A DNA stretch of 64,000 nt from the NCBI GenBank assembly GCA_037389025.1, contig JARRJP010000013.1:54305-118304 (forward strand), written 5' to 3'. This DNA is from Reinekea sp. Its GTDB lineage: Bacteria > Pseudomonadota > Gammaproteobacteria > Pseudomonadales > Natronospirillaceae. Positions 45,267 to 56,897 of this stretch are shown here, one piece after another (within the stretch, counting starts at the first letter, position 1; every line of letters starts with the position of its first letter). A program made the position numbers and the translations under genes. The notes under the pieces were generated by a model. It was given only the letters and a program-made list of their open reading frames with translations. It did not search any database and was not told the origin of the DNA.

Positions 45267-45307
45267 TACAGGTTTTATTCAAGATACAACACTAGTTGTT
45301 GTATCAA

Positions 45308-46675
45308 TTAGTTGATGGCAGGAATGCTTTCGAGGTCAAGATTGTCCTGTGAAATTAAAACTACATCCGAAAGATTACTGAAATCCGCAATGACCTCATA
45401 GGTTGCCATATCCAAAATCAGGTCGGCCTGTTTATTGCCGTTGACGGTTATTTGGCCGATTATAGTTCTGTCTGAATCGAAATCGCTATTCACATCAGCC
45501 ACATAGACTATGCGAACATCCTGCATCGTATTGGTGCTGTCATACAGGTAGGCAGTATCCACCTCATCATCTTTGACGTTTAAGTTCAAACCCAGCCCTA
45601 GTTTGGTATTACCTACCGTGAGCGCCAGTTTGCCGTCAAAATTCAAGTAGTTTACTGAGTCAGCCTCATAAGAAAGATTGTCGGCGGTCATCTCATAGTT
45701 CATCTCAGCGATAAACAGGGTGTTATTAGAGGTTTTTTCTGTCAAATCTAGCTTGACAGAAAATTCCATGTCTATGTCGTCATAGTATTGACCAGTATAA
45801 TAGCTGTAACTGTTCCCGAAGTCTGACTCTACAACGACTTTGGTTGTTGCATTCAGGGTGTCACCCTGGCTGTTGGTCAGAGACCCATTAATGTCAAAGC
45901 CAAAGTTTTCCCTGGTACTTTCGAATTGTTCTTCTGGATCAAAAGCAGAAGAGAAGGCAGCGTCTCCTGATAATGATATATCGGCAATCTGTGCTTCTGC
46001 GTCGTTAAGCGCGATTTCAAATGCATATGGTTCTGCATCCTTAATCCGACCCTGATTGAACGCGTCGAGATAATTCAGCTCGAATTTGCCCGAGGTTGCT
46101 GATACAAGGGTGCCAATATCATCTGAAATATTCAGGTTGGACAGAGCAATTGAAAAGCTGTCATCCGTTATCGCAATATCGTTAATTATCATGACCAGGC
46201 TTAAATCCAAGGTGTTGGTCACCTGTGAGTTTGAGCTGGCGATGTCTGAACCGGATATGGTAATGGTGGAGCCCGTTCGGTTAATGGAAATTCCACTGCT
46301 GGTGATGGCCGAAGTGGCAAGGTTTTCGAAGTTGACTTCGACCAGATTATTATTGCTGTCAGCAACGATCGCCGGGTCAATATAGTTATCAAAGTCGATA
46401 ACAAAATTTTCGATAACCTCACCCCAGACCGTCAACGCTTGGGTGTTAACTTCTGATATATCCTGATTCAATTGAAGCGAGAAACCTGATAACAGTTCCT
46501 GCACTTCATTGATCGGTTGATTGACATTTTGAATACTGACAGCAAATTTATGTGCCGCTTCTGCCTCGGGTAGAGTTTTTTTATCTTTATCACCTGAGTC
46601 GGAGTTGCAGGCATACATCAGAGCTGAGGAAACAAGAAGTAATCCTGTAGCATATTTTTTTAACATGGCTTTCAA
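45308..46675 (-). CDS. Lipoprotein of unknown function (paralogue of 48211-49608)
   Basis: Lipobox LLLVSSALMYAC. Shares AEAAHKFAVSIQ / INRTGSTITISGSDI / ...ADLILDMATYEVIADFSNLSDVVLISQD blocks with the paralogue. Confidence 0.7.
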   Translation of the reverse strand: MKAMLKKYATGLLLVSSALMYACNSDSGDKDKKTLPEAEAAHKFAVSIQNVNQPINEVQELLSGFSLQLNQDISEVNTQALTVWGEVIENFVIDFDNYIDPAIVADSNNNLVEVNFENLATSAITSSGISINRTGSTITISGSDIASSNSQVTNTLDLSLVMIINDIAITDDSFSIALSNLNISDDIGTLVSATSGKFELNYLDAFNQGRIKDAEPYAFEIALNDAEAQIADISLSGDAAFSSAFDPEEQFESTRENFGFDINGSLTNSQGDTLNATTKVVVESDFGNSYSYYTGQYYDDIDMEFSVKLDLTEKTSNNTLFIAEMNYEMTADNLSYEADSVNYLNFDGKLALTVGNTKLGLGLNLNVKDDEVDTAYLYDSTNTMQDVRIVYVADVNSDFDSDRTIIGQITVNGNKQADLILDMATYEVIADFSNLSDVVLISQDNLDLESIPAIN

Positions 46676-46857
46676 TCCTTAAGCTAACATCAAATATGTC
46701 GACATAGTCGAGCCAAGACAGTATAACCGGCTCCTTTAATTGTTGTTATATTTTTTATTACCCGGATAGAGCAATGATTTTGCGTAGTCTTTTGTTCAGA
46801 TATTAAAACCGGTTTTTTTGATTCATGATCATTTTGAAGATATCAGGGTATTGTTAA

Positions 46858-48162
46858 TTGTTAGCCATTTTACTTAGCAGTGTTTTGTTCCCCGGAACAA
46901 CCGCATTGGATCCGGTTTCCCTTCTGGTTATGGATGGGACAATGACTGAAGTGGTCGGCGGTTCAGCTTTGGTTACGGGTTTGCCAATTACTTTTTTGTC
47001 AGATATCCAGAGCACTAATCTGAATGGTGCTGAGTTGGGTTATACAACCTATTCAAACGGCTTTGTTGCCAATGCTGAACAGAAAACGACACAGTTGTAT
47101 TTTGGTTTGATTCAACAAGCGCAACGTTATCACTATCATTTAGACAGTGAGCAATACGACCTTTACGTAGAGAATGCGGAGCCCTTTATTGGCTTTGGCA
47201 ATGACTATCTGCAACTTTATATGTCGCCTGAAAACTGGAAAATCCATTCAGGTATTTCAGCCTTTGGTGCGCAGTTGAATGCATCATTCGGCCACTGGCA
47301 ATTGCCTCTACAGGTGGAGGTCCGTTCAGACAAGCTTGATGTTAACGAACAACTTGATTTCCTATTGCAACAGAATCGTTGCAACGTCAGCGCACAATGG
47401 TGGGCATTGCAACTGAAGGCTGTCTGCGATTGGCGTGAAAATTCATTTGAGTTTTCTGGTCTTTCTGCGGCCTATCATAACGATGTATGGCAGCTTGAGG
47501 CTGGCTATCGGAACAATGAATTTAACGCTTCAGATGACTGGCAGATTGATCAAATAATTAACGGTGACACTGAAACCAATATTTCGCAACAGCGTTGGTT
47601 TGCGGCAGTTGCATATCAGGAATGGGAGTTGAGCTATCAATCTCGAGTGGTGGATGGCGATATGCTATCCCAGTTGGATATTCAGGATAGATTGGTGTCC
47701 GGTGTCGGTAAGGGGCGTTACTTCGTGACTGGTCAGTTTGATTTTCGTCAGCGCCAGCTAGGGCTACAACCACCAGTGTGGGACAGCGCATGGGGGCGGT
47801 TCTCATGGCCGCTTTCCTTAAGCTACATTGATGATGTCGAAGTGAATGCCGATATCTATGAACCATTACTGTTTCTGGGTTTGCCGGTATTGACTGATAG
47901 TCAGGCGTTATCGATTGAGTCGGTACTGGTGTCTGTTGCCCAATTCCAATGGCAGAAAGAATGGCATGGATGGATAGTATTCAGTGAAGCCAGTCAAGTG
48001 ATTCCACTGTCTGTTCAGGAAACCAAGTCAGGATCTGAAAGCGGAGGCGGTGGCGGCGGCAATGGCGGTGGCGAGCCAACAACGCCCGTGGAACCGGATG
48101 AGAAGAAGGCACTGTTCTGGCCCGGTTTTTCATTAAAAGTTGGTCTGAGATGGCAGTTTTAA
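46858..48162 (+). CDS. Predicted outer-membrane beta-barrel protein
   Basis: Alternating-hydrophobicity strands and an OMP-type C-terminal signature ...LKVGLRWQF. Gly-rich insert GSESGGGGGGNGGGEP. TTG start with a weak signal peptide. Confidence 0.5.
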   Translation: MLAILLSSVLFPGTTALDPVSLLVMDGTMTEVVGGSALVTGLPITFLSDIQSTNLNGAELGYTTYSNGFVANAEQKTTQLYFGLIQQAQRYHYHLDSEQYDLYVENAEPFIGFGNDYLQLYMSPENWKIHSGISAFGAQLNASFGHWQLPLQVEVRSDKLDVNEQLDFLLQQNRCNVSAQWWALQLKAVCDWRENSFEFSGLSAAYHNDVWQLEAGYRNNEFNASDDWQIDQIINGDTETNISQQRWFAAVAYQEWELSYQSRVVDGDMLSQLDIQDRLVSGVGKGRYFVTGQFDFRQRQLGLQPPVWDSAWGRFSWPLSLSYIDDVEVNADIYEPLLFLGLPVLTDSQALSIESVLVSVAQFQWQKEWHGWIVFSEASQVIPLSVQETKSGSESGGGGGGNGGGEPTTPVEPDEKKALFWPGFSLKVGLRWQF

Positions 48163-48210
48163 TCGGGACGTTCAGCCCTCTGCGTTGCTATTGAGTCTCG
48201 GATTCAGGTT

Positions 48211-49608
48211 CTATTGACGGAAATCAGTGGATGAGGTTGCAGCAGTATCGCCTTTGGAAACCAGTAAAACATCATTGAGTTGATCAAAACTGGCAATAAC
48301 TTCTCCACTTTCCAGTTTGAGGTATATGTCGGCGAGTTCGATATTATCAACAACAATGTTTCCGATAGTCACTGTATTGGCATCGAAATCAGGTTTGCTC
48401 TCCGGTAGCAGAGTCATAGAAATCTTGAAGTTTTTATCGATTGCATCGTTCAAGGTAAAATGAAAAACATTGTCTTGATCGCTTTGCGTTTTTCGATCCG
48501 TCTCCACATTCAAGTCCAAGCTCAAGCGATTATTGCCAATGGTTAGATGAATGACACCGTTGAACTCAATCTCCAGATTGTTGTCGCTGGGAAAACTGGC
48601 ACCATCCTGAGTCTGGGGTGAACTTAATTTATAGCTCAGACTGGCAATGATTGGCGTGGTATCGTTGGCGGCACCGCTGAGATCAATATCAACATTAACT
48701 GTTCCGCTGATTTCGGAAGTGCTCGGGCTGTTTCCATCTGGACGAATTCTGTCATCGGTATAGTTCAATGCTCCTGTTAGCGGAGCTGAAAAGCTATTTC
48801 CGGAGTTGCTTCCTAAGATTCCGCTGATATCCATAGATAATTTCACCTGCTCGGATGTATCGTCGTTGTCTTCATTGGGTAGAGTGAGAACCGAAATACT
48901 GCCATTCCCAGTCAGAGTAAGAACACCAGATAACACAACGGCTCCGTTTTCAAGGTCAATGCGACTCATGTTCGGCGTAGGCTGGTTATTGTTCGGATAT
49001 GTCGAGCTTTCAAAGCTCATCGATATTACACAGGAGCTGGCTGTGATACTGGTCTGATAGTCGTCACTGACTGTCAACGCGCTGACCGAAAGAAGCAGTG
49101 TGTTGTCGTCAACCGTTGTATCAGACAGGCTGATCACGAACGATGCATCAATACTGTTATTAGTTGTTCTGGCGTGTCCGACAATGCCTGTCCCAGTCAC
49201 CGTGATCACAGTGCCACTGCGTTGTATGAAGATGCCATGACCTTGATTATTCCGGGTTATCGGTAACTGTTGCCAGTCTACTGACATGATGTTGCCGTCA
49301 TTATCAACCGTCAGTGCGCCGAAAAGATAATCTCCCAGATCATCAAACAGGATAGATAATGCGTCACCCATCGCATTGAGTCGGTCTGCCCGAATGGTTT
49401 GAAGATCATCGGCCGTTTGCAGAGCAAAGTTTTCCAGACCGGTTTGTGAATCCAGAATGGGACCGATGGAACCCTGCAGCCGTTGTGCAAAACTGTACGC
49501 GGCCTCTGCCCTTTCTGGCGTATAAGCTTTGGTCGTGTCTGCGGGTTGGCAAGCATATAGCACCAGCATCGCAGTTATAACGGCTGTCACAGAAGTGTGG
49601 TTCATCAT
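48211..49608 (-). CDS. Lipoprotein of unknown function (paralogue of 45308-46675)
   Basis: I prefer ATG 49608 (MMNHTSVTAVITAMLVLYAC lipobox). The ORF-track start at 49722 would overlap hemF. Confidence 0.7.
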   Translation of the reverse strand: MMNHTSVTAVITAMLVLYACQPADTTKAYTPERAEAAYSFAQRLQGSIGPILDSQTGLENFALQTADDLQTIRADRLNAMGDALSILFDDLGDYLFGALTVDNDGNIMSVDWQQLPITRNNQGHGIFIQRSGTVITVTGTGIVGHARTTNNSIDASFVISLSDTTVDDNTLLLSVSALTVSDDYQTSITASSCVISMSFESSTYPNNNQPTPNMSRIDLENGAVVLSGVLTLTGNGSISVLTLPNEDNDDTSEQVKLSMDISGILGSNSGNSFSAPLTGALNYTDDRIRPDGNSPSTSEISGTVNVDIDLSGAANDTTPIIASLSYKLSSPQTQDGASFPSDNNLEIEFNGVIHLTIGNNRLSLDLNVETDRKTQSDQDNVFHFTLNDAIDKNFKISMTLLPESKPDFDANTVTIGNIVVDNIELADIYLKLESGEVIASFDQLNDVLLVSKGDTAATSSTDFRQ

Positions 49609-49708
49609 ACCTATTTGCTGATATCCGGCTAAAGGAGTGCCGATGGTGGATTGATAGTTATAGCCTAAAAATAATCCGGCAGTGCGACTGAACCGCCGGA
49701 TTATCTGT

Positions 49709-50632
<924 letters not shown>

Positions 50633-50638
50633 TTAGTT

Positions 50639-51199
50639 TCAGGCGCGCAAGTATTCATCTGATTTAAGATCAATGATTGTGCTTGAATGGCCCGGTGTTT
50701 GAACCTGGCCGGTAAGTAAATAATCGATTTCTTTACCCAAGTGCTGGCGTACTTGAAAGCTGGTCGTTAATGCCGGTCGATTGGAGCGGTTTGCGCTGGT
50801 GGATACTAATGGGATCCGGGTACGTTGGCAGAGCTTTGCCGCAACGGGATGTGAGGTGACGCGCACCGCAACGGTCGTTCTTCCTCCGGTAATCCAGTCA
50901 GGCAGTATGCCGTTGTGGGGAATAACCCAGGTTGTTGGCCTGGGCCAGCTCTGTTTAAGCTTGTCGCGCTGGCCTTGTGTTAGCGGCTGCAGGTAGGGTG
51001 TCAAACGCTCGATGTTATCGGCAATAAGAATCAGGCCTTTGGAAATCGGGCGCCCTTTAATTCGCAGAATCCGGCCGACGGCATCGGCATTGAACGGGTC
51101 ACAGCCCAGGCCATAGACCCCTTCAGTCGGGTAAGCAATGATGCCACCGCTCAGAATGCAATCTGACGAGACCTTGACATGATGACAATAACACCCCAT
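50639..51199 (-). CDS. tsaC: L-threonylcarbamoyladenylate synthase type 1
   Basis: IIAYPTEGVYGLGCDP, KGRPISKGLILI and PLVSTSAN are YrdC/TsaC motifs. Confidence 0.85.
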   Translation of the reverse strand: MGCYCHHVKVSSDCILSGGIIAYPTEGVYGLGCDPFNADAVGRILRIKGRPISKGLILIADNIERLTPYLQPLTQGQRDKLKQSWPRPTTWVIPHNGILPDWITGGRTTVAVRVTSHPVAAKLCQRTRIPLVSTSANRSNRPALTTSFQVRQHLGKEIDYLLTGQVQTPGHSSTIIDLKSDEYLRA

Positions 51200-51270
51200 A
51201 TAATCCTGAAACCTTTGAAAAGCAGCGGCTAAGAGTAGCGGTGATGCTAAAGACAGGCAAATCTGTTGCG

Positions 51271-52380
51271 TTATAGCAGGATGTACCCTCCTGGTTGTTG
51301 CTCGATCACTCCGCTCAGTTCGAGTTCCAAAACCGGTTCAAGTAATTGATGTACAGAAAGGCTCAAGCGATGAGCGAGCACATCCAATGGTTGTTGTTCC
51401 GTCTTAAGCGTATTAACTATCTGGCGTTGAACATCGGATAAACCTTCCAGGGGGTCATGATGTACAGTGTGTCGGGTATTTTGCTGCCACTTCAGATGAT
51501 TCAGAATATCATCAGCACTGGATAGCAGATAGGCTCCGTCCTGAATCAGGCGATGGCAGCCATCGCTGTTAGGGTTATCAATATCTCCAGGCATGGCAAA
51601 GATATCACGGCCCTGCTCCAGAGCATGTTGTGCCGTTATCAGCGAGCCACTTTTCAATGATGCTTCGATAATGATCAGAACTTCTGAGAGGCCGCTGATA
51701 AGCCGATTCCTGCGCGGGAAGTGACCCGGTCGAGGCGGTGTTCCAAGTGAGTATTCAGATAGCAGCAGTCCGCTCTGAGTCAGATTCTGGAACATCAACC
51801 GGTTTGATTTCGGATATACGATGTCGACACCGCAGCCCAGAATAGCGATGGTTGAACCATTACTGTCCAGCGTTGCCTGATGGCAGGCAGCATCAATGCC
51901 TTTTGCGCCGCCGCTGGTGATGGTCAGGTCTGATTCCGCAAGGCGTTGGCTGATATGAGCCGCATGCCTCATTGCCCTGTGGCTGGCCTGGCGGCTACCA
52001 ACCATTCCAATTTGAGGCTTTGCCAGAGCGCTTAGTTGGCCTCTGGCCCATAACACCAGTGGCGCTTCATAAATCTGTGTGAGTTGATCAGGATATGCAG
52101 AGTCGGTTAGCGTCAGCAGGTGATTATTTTCCAATTCTGCCCAGCGCAATTGTTCGAGTGCTTTGCGGTGAACAGGATGTTGTTCACCAAGCAGATTCAT
52201 TTCCCGAATGGTTGTTTTAATGCGATCCGGCAGTGGCCAGCGGTCAGGATGCAAAAACAGGGCTTGTGGTGAATCGACCAGTGCTAATAGCTGGTGGGCT
52301 CTTTTCAGGCCGATTTCAGGGATAAGAACCCAGCGTAGCCAGGCCAGTGTATCGTTGGACATGATTAACTCCTTGCTCAC
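51271..52380 (-). CDS. dprA: DNA processing protein DprA (Smf)
   Basis: MVGSRQAS...GGAKGIDAACHQ...PGHFPRRNRLISGLS Rossmann-like DprA core plus a C-terminal wHTH. Confidence 0.9.
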   Translation of the reverse strand: MSKELIMSNDTLAWLRWVLIPEIGLKRAHQLLALVDSPQALFLHPDRWPLPDRIKTTIREMNLLGEQHPVHRKALEQLRWAELENNHLLTLTDSAYPDQLTQIYEAPLVLWARGQLSALAKPQIGMVGSRQASHRAMRHAAHISQRLAESDLTITSGGAKGIDAACHQATLDSNGSTIAILGCGVDIVYPKSNRLMFQNLTQSGLLLSEYSLGTPPRPGHFPRRNRLISGLSEVLIIIEASLKSGSLITAQHALEQGRDIFAMPGDIDNPNSDGCHRLIQDGAYLLSSADDILNHLKWQQNTRHTVHHDPLEGLSDVQRQIVNTLKTEQQPLDVLAHRLSLSVHQLLEPVLELELSGVIEQQPGGYILL

Positions 52381-52460
52381 TATGTTATTAGCCTTAGTCC
52401 TTAAGGTTGCGAGTTACTATACTCGATGTTTGTTTATTTGTTGATCGATTTTTTTCAGGC

Positions 52461-52488
52461 AATAAAAAAGGAACCCGAAGGTTCCTTT
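52461..52488 (-). terminator. Rho-independent terminator downstream of the LysM gene
   Basis: AAAGGAACC-CGAA-GGTTCCTTT: a 9-bp stem. On the minus strand it is followed by TTTTTTATT. Confidence 0.8.
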
Positions 52489-52503
52489 GATTGATAACGT
52501 TAA

Positions 52504-52535
52504 CCTGAATCCGTTGAGGAAGTCACGGATTCAGG
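52504..52535. repeat. Family-A repeat reduced to its TIR hairpin (32 bp)
   Basis: CCTGAATCCGT-TGAGGAAGTC-ACGGATTCAGG. Confidence 0.8.
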
Positions 52536-52549
52536 GTTAAGTCAGGAAC

Positions 52550-53626
52550 TTAGAAGCCAGGATCCGTAATTCTATCACCTGTCTGCATTGGTAGTTTGGC
52601 TGAGAGGATCAGACCGTAAGACATCTTTCTAAATGTACGGAATACCATCAACATACCGCCTTCTTCACTTGGCAGTTGAATACGTTCGTCGGTTACAGGG
52701 TCGCGAATTCGGTCGCCCACGTGGTCGACACGAAAAATATTGCCTGGTTCTACACCTTCGCGCTCCCCGACATTCAGCAGTACGATATCGAATTGGCCGA
52801 TATTCTGAACACCACGTGCAACATCAATAATTTCACCATTCAGACCTTGTGGTGGCTCGCTTGGGTAGAACACGGATTCGAGTAGCGCTTGGTCCGAAGG
52901 CAAAATGCGATCACCAATGGCAATTTGCTGGTTGGAACGCAGCACGTCAAAGGTGGCAATGTCGCCATCCAGGCTATTCAAACGTCCACTGCCCACTTCG
53001 ATGGCTTCATAACCCAGGACTTCTTTGGTATTTGGATCACGATAACGATCACCGATTCGATAGACCTGATAGACCGATAAATCTGGTGAGAACTCACCGC
53101 GACCATAAATGCGGTCACCGGCACCCAGTAATAATCGGCCGTCTGAACCACTGATAATGTAAGGCGCAGAGTTCATCTGCTCGTCAGGCAAAATACGGTT
53201 ACCGGACAGGAAGCCCTCAACATGTTCGCGAGGTATTGCGGGTATGGCACCAAAAATAGGAGTTGATCGGGCTTGTGGACGTAGCTTAACCACACCGTTC
53301 TCATTGGCCTGTTCTGGATTGATTTTGATGGTATTGGCGGAATCACCACGTTGTACAACGGTAAAACGTTGTTCTCCACCGACGGTGATCAGGGCAATGA
53401 CATCACCCGGGTAAATTAAATGCGGATTTTCGACCTGTGGGTTGTTGTACCAGATTTCTTGCCATTTCCACGGATCTCTCAGAAATCTGCTGGCAATGTC
53501 CCACAAGGTATCACCCTTGACGACTACATAACGGTCAGGTACATCCTGATTTATTATCAGTTCATCAGCCAGGGCCATGCCCATGGTCGAACAGAACATG
53601 AATAAAACTGCGATGATTTTCCTCAT
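52550..53626 (-). CDS. LysM peptidoglycan-binding domain protein (conserved dprA/def-neighbour)
   Basis: Signal peptide MRKIIAVLFMFCSTMGMALA from ATG 53626. LysM: YVVVKGDTLWDIASRFLRDPWKWQEIW. Confidence 0.8.
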   Translation of the reverse strand: MRKIIAVLFMFCSTMGMALADELIINQDVPDRYVVVKGDTLWDIASRFLRDPWKWQEIWYNNPQVENPHLIYPGDVIALITVGGEQRFTVVQRGDSANTIKINPEQANENGVVKLRPQARSTPIFGAIPAIPREHVEGFLSGNRILPDEQMNSAPYIISGSDGRLLLGAGDRIYGRGEFSPDLSVYQVYRIGDRYRDPNTKEVLGYEAIEVGSGRLNSLDGDIATFDVLRSNQQIAIGDRILPSDQALLESVFYPSEPPQGLNGEIIDVARGVQNIGQFDIVLLNVGEREGVEPGNIFRVDHVGDRIRDPVTDERIQLPSEEGGMLMVFRTFRKMSYGLILSAKLPMQTGDRITDPGF

Positions 53627-53944
53627 GGCCAGATTCCCTATACAATTTGGCGTTGGCGGCTGGACATAAAACATATTGTCATTCTTTCTTTTCGGTTCAA
53701 CTCGTATACACAGACCAATTGGCCTGCAATTATCTATAATGACCAGTCAATATACGGCATTGAAGGATTATTGCTCCGATCCGAGTCACAAGAGTGAACA
53801 TTTTTAGTTTAGCAGTCAATTGCTTAGCACAACACCTTAAAGCCAAATCTGAACAAATTGACTCAGTTTTGTTAACTGGGTAACAATTTGTCAGAAATTG
53901 GATTTGGCTGGCAAGATAAATTAACAGTGGTGAATCAATACATT

Positions 53945-54454
53945 ATGGCATTACTCGATATTTTGGAATTTCCTGATCCCCGGCTTCGTACCATTGCAAA
54001 GCCGGTTGCAGAGGTGACCGATGAACTGCGTCAACTGGCTGATGATATGCTGGAGACCATGTACAACGCTCCCGGTATTGGCCTGGCAGCCTCTCAGATC
54101 AATGTACACAAGCGTCTGATCGTGCTTGATGTGTCGGAAGACCAGAACGAACCTCATGTTCTGTTTAATCCCGAATACGACATTTTGGGTGACATTATTG
54201 AATATCAGGAAGGTTGTCTGTCTGTTCCAGGTTTCTATGAAAATGTAGGGCGTTACAACAAGATTCGCGCTCGTGCGCTGAACCGAGCTGGTGAAGCCAT
54301 TGAGTTTATTGCGGATGACCTGTTGGCGATCTGCATTCAACATGAAATCGATCATCTGGATGGCAAACTGTTCGTGGATTACCTATCTGGACTGAAACGT
54401 AGCCGAATCAAGAAAAAGCTCGAAAAAAATCACAAGTTGGCGACCAAAGCATAA
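53945..54454 (+). CDS. def: Peptide deformylase
   Basis: [17 protein letters not shown] and HEIDHLDG motifs. I prefer ATG 53945 ([14 protein letters not shown]). Confidence 0.95.
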   Translation: MALLDILEFPDPRLRTIAKPVAEVTDELRQLADDMLETMYNAPGIGLAASQINVHKRLIVLDVSEDQNEPHVLFNPEYDILGDIIEYQEGCLSVPGFYENVGRYNKIRARALNRAGEAIEFIADDLLAICIQHEIDHLDGKLFVDYLSGLKRSRIKKKLEKNHKLATKA

Positions 54455-54457
54455 GAT

Positions 54458-55399
54458 ATGGCATTTAAAATAATTTTTGCGGGCACCCCCGATTTTGCGG
54501 TTGCGCATCTGGATACGTTGCTTGGCAGTGAACATGAGGTTATCGCCGTTTATAGCCAGCCGGATCGCCCCGCCGGAAGAGGGCGTAAGTTGACCGCCTC
54601 TCCGGTAAAAGCACTGGCACAGCAGCATCATATTCCGGTATATCAGCCGACGAATTTTAAATCTGATGAAGCGGTAGCTGAGTTACAGGCCCTGAATGCT
54701 GATCTGATGGTGGTTGTGGCCTACGGTTTGATTCTGCCTTCTGTTGTATTGAATGCACCTCGCCTGGGTTGCATCAACGTTCATGCCTCTCTTTTACCAC
54801 GTTGGCGTGGTGCTGCACCGATTCATCGCGCCTTGCTGGCGGGTGATCAAACGACAGGTGTTACCATCATGCAGATGGATGCAGGGTTGGATACCGGCGA
54901 TATGCTGGTGAAAAGCGAATGTCCGATTCTGGCAACTGATACCAGCGAGGATTTACATGATCGCTTGACCAGTATCGGTGGTTTGGCATTGCTTGATGCA
55001 TTGAACCAGTTGGCGTCAGGTACAGCCGCACCTGAAAAGCAGGATGATGCTTTGGCCAATTATGCCCACAAACTGGAAAAAGCCGAAGGCAAAATTGATT
55101 GGCGACAGTCAGCGGACGCGATAGACCGTCAGATTCGTGGCCTGACGCCATGGCCCGGCGCCTATACCCGATGGCAGGACGATAACGTACGTATTCACCG
55201 TGCCAGTATCGCTAAACTTGAGACTGAAAAAACACCAGGCAGCATTATTCAGCTCGATAACAAAAGCCTGTCGGTTGCCACCGGTCAGGGGGTGATTCAG
55301 TTGGAGCAGCTGCAAATGCCGGGTAAAAAAGCCATGGCAGTTGCTGATGTCCTCAATGCCCGCCGAGAACAGTTCGAAGCCCACCCCCATTTTGACTAA
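54458..55399 (+). CDS. fmt: Methionyl-tRNA formyltransferase
   Basis: IIFAGTPDFAV and NVHASLLPRWRGAAPI motifs. 313 aa. Confidence 0.95.
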   Translation: MAFKIIFAGTPDFAVAHLDTLLGSEHEVIAVYSQPDRPAGRGRKLTASPVKALAQQHHIPVYQPTNFKSDEAVAELQALNADLMVVVAYGLILPSVVLNAPRLGCINVHASLLPRWRGAAPIHRALLAGDQTTGVTIMQMDAGLDTGDMLVKSECPILATDTSEDLHDRLTSIGGLALLDALNQLASGTAAPEKQDDALANYAHKLEKAEGKIDWRQSADAIDRQIRGLTPWPGAYTRWQDDNVRIHRASIAKLETEKTPGSIIQLDNKSLSVATGQGVIQLEQLQMPGKKAMAVADVLNARREQFEAHPHFD

Positions 55400-55411
55400 T
55401 TCTGAGATAAC

Positions 55412-56695
55412 ATGAAAAATACCCGCCTGCTGGCTGCCGAAATACTGCTGAATGTTGTCGATAACGGCCGCTCCCTGAATGATGAGCTACCACGGGCATC
55501 AGAACAGGTCGATCCCGATCAGCAGGCCTTTTTGCACCAGCTGGTTTACGGCAGTACTCGCTTTTATTTCGCTTTGGATGAGTTAATTCAGGGTATTGTT
55601 GAGAAGCCGATAAAAGGCAAAGAGCGTCTTGTTCATATGCTGCTTGCCATAGGTCTTTATCAGCTTTGGAAGCTGGATGTTGCGGATCATGCTGCGATTA
55701 ATGAAACGGTTGATGCAACTGTCGGTGCCAAAAAGCAATGGGCCAGGAATCTGGTAAATGCCAGCCTGCGCCGATTTCAGCGTGAACGGGAGTCTCTGTT
55801 AGCCGTGATGCGGCGACAGGAGTCTTTTCCTGGCTGGCTTAACAAACGGCTGCGTCAGGCTTATCCACAGCACTATGCTGATATCTGTGCTCAGTCCAAT
55901 ATTCCCGGCCCGATGACGCTACGGGTAAATACCCGGCAGAACTCTCGCAGTGACTGGATGGCGAATGCTCAGCAAGAAGGATTCGAGTTGCTAGCCACCG
56001 ATCACTCTGCGGTGGGGTTAACACTGGCTTCTCCGGCACCGGTCCATGCCTTACCTGGTTTTGAGCGGGGCTTGGTTTCTGTCCAGGATGAAGCCGCTCA
56101 GATGTGCGCGCAGATACTTAAGGTTCAGGATGGCGAACGCGTCCTGGATGCCTGTGCGGCACCGGGTGGCAAAACCGGTCATTTACTGGAATATGCGGAT
56201 ATTGAACTTACTGCGCTGGATGTGGACCAGAAACGTTTGCAGCGGGTTGCAGAGAATCTGAATCGCATCGGTCTGTCGGCTGATCTGCGAGTGGCGGATG
56301 CCGCTGATCTGTCGAGTTGGTGGCAAGATGAGCCGTATGATGTCATTCTGCTTGATGCCCCCTGCTCAGGTACCGGAGTGATACGTCGTCATCCAGATAT
56401 CAAGCTGCTTCGTAAATCGGCTGATATCAAACAGTTGGGCCAGGTACAGAAGGCACTGCTGGATCAGCTGTGGAAAACGCTGAAACCTGGTGGTCGATTA
56501 TTGTATGCAACCTGCTCAGTCCTGCCTGATGAGAATACCGATCAGATCAGCGCTTTTTTGCAGCGAACACAAAATGCCGAGTTGGTGCCAATGGCATTAA
56601 GCAGTGATGTTGATGTGCCTTGCGGGGTGCAGTGGTTGCCAAAACAGAGTAGTCATGACGGCTTTTATTTTGCACTGTTAAAAAAGCAGTCATAA
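55412..56695 (+). CDS. rsmB: 16S rRNA (cytosine967-C5)-methyltransferase
   Basis: N-terminal NusB-like domain. [27 protein letters not shown] and YATCS motifs. Confidence 0.9.
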   Translation: MKNTRLLAAEILLNVVDNGRSLNDELPRASEQVDPDQQAFLHQLVYGSTRFYFALDELIQGIVEKPIKGKERLVHMLLAIGLYQLWKLDVADHAAINETVDATVGAKKQWARNLVNASLRRFQRERESLLAVMRRQESFPGWLNKRLRQAYPQHYADICAQSNIPGPMTLRVNTRQNSRSDWMANAQQEGFELLATDHSAVGLTLASPAPVHALPGFERGLVSVQDEAAQMCAQILKVQDGERVLDACAAPGGKTGHLLEYADIELTALDVDQKRLQRVAENLNRIGLSADLRVADAADLSSWWQDEPYDVILLDAPCSGTGVIRRHPDIKLLRKSADIKQLGQVQKALLDQLWKTLKPGGRLLYATCSVLPDENTDQISAFLQRTQNAELVPMALSSDVDVPCGVQWLPKQSSHDGFYFALLKKQS

Positions 56696-56708
56696 TCCTA
56701 TTGTCATA

Positions 56709-56857
56709 CCTGAATCCGTGACTTCTTCAGTGGATGCAGGGTGTAAGAGCTTGATTTCGATTTGTTTTTCAAAAATCGTAGGTTCACCCCGATTTTTGGG
56801 AAGCAAAGAGGGATCAATGGCTTGCGCACCGCGCCGCTATGGAGTCACGGATTCAGG
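56709..56857 (+). repeat. Family-A MITE-like repeat, full copy (internal 11-bp deletion)
   Basis: Perfect 5-bp direct repeat TCATA abuts both ends. It lies between rsmB and trkA. Confidence 0.9.
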
Positions 56858-56897
56858 TCATAAAAAACAACAAAGCCTAGGGCGCAGGAACAGTCTT

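Noticed and set aside
56718-56897. N-terminal 60-codon extension of trkA in the ORF track
   Set aside because: The extension is entirely repeat-derived. Canonical TrkA (458 aa) begins at TTG 56898 with the [12 protein letters not shown] Rossmann motif.
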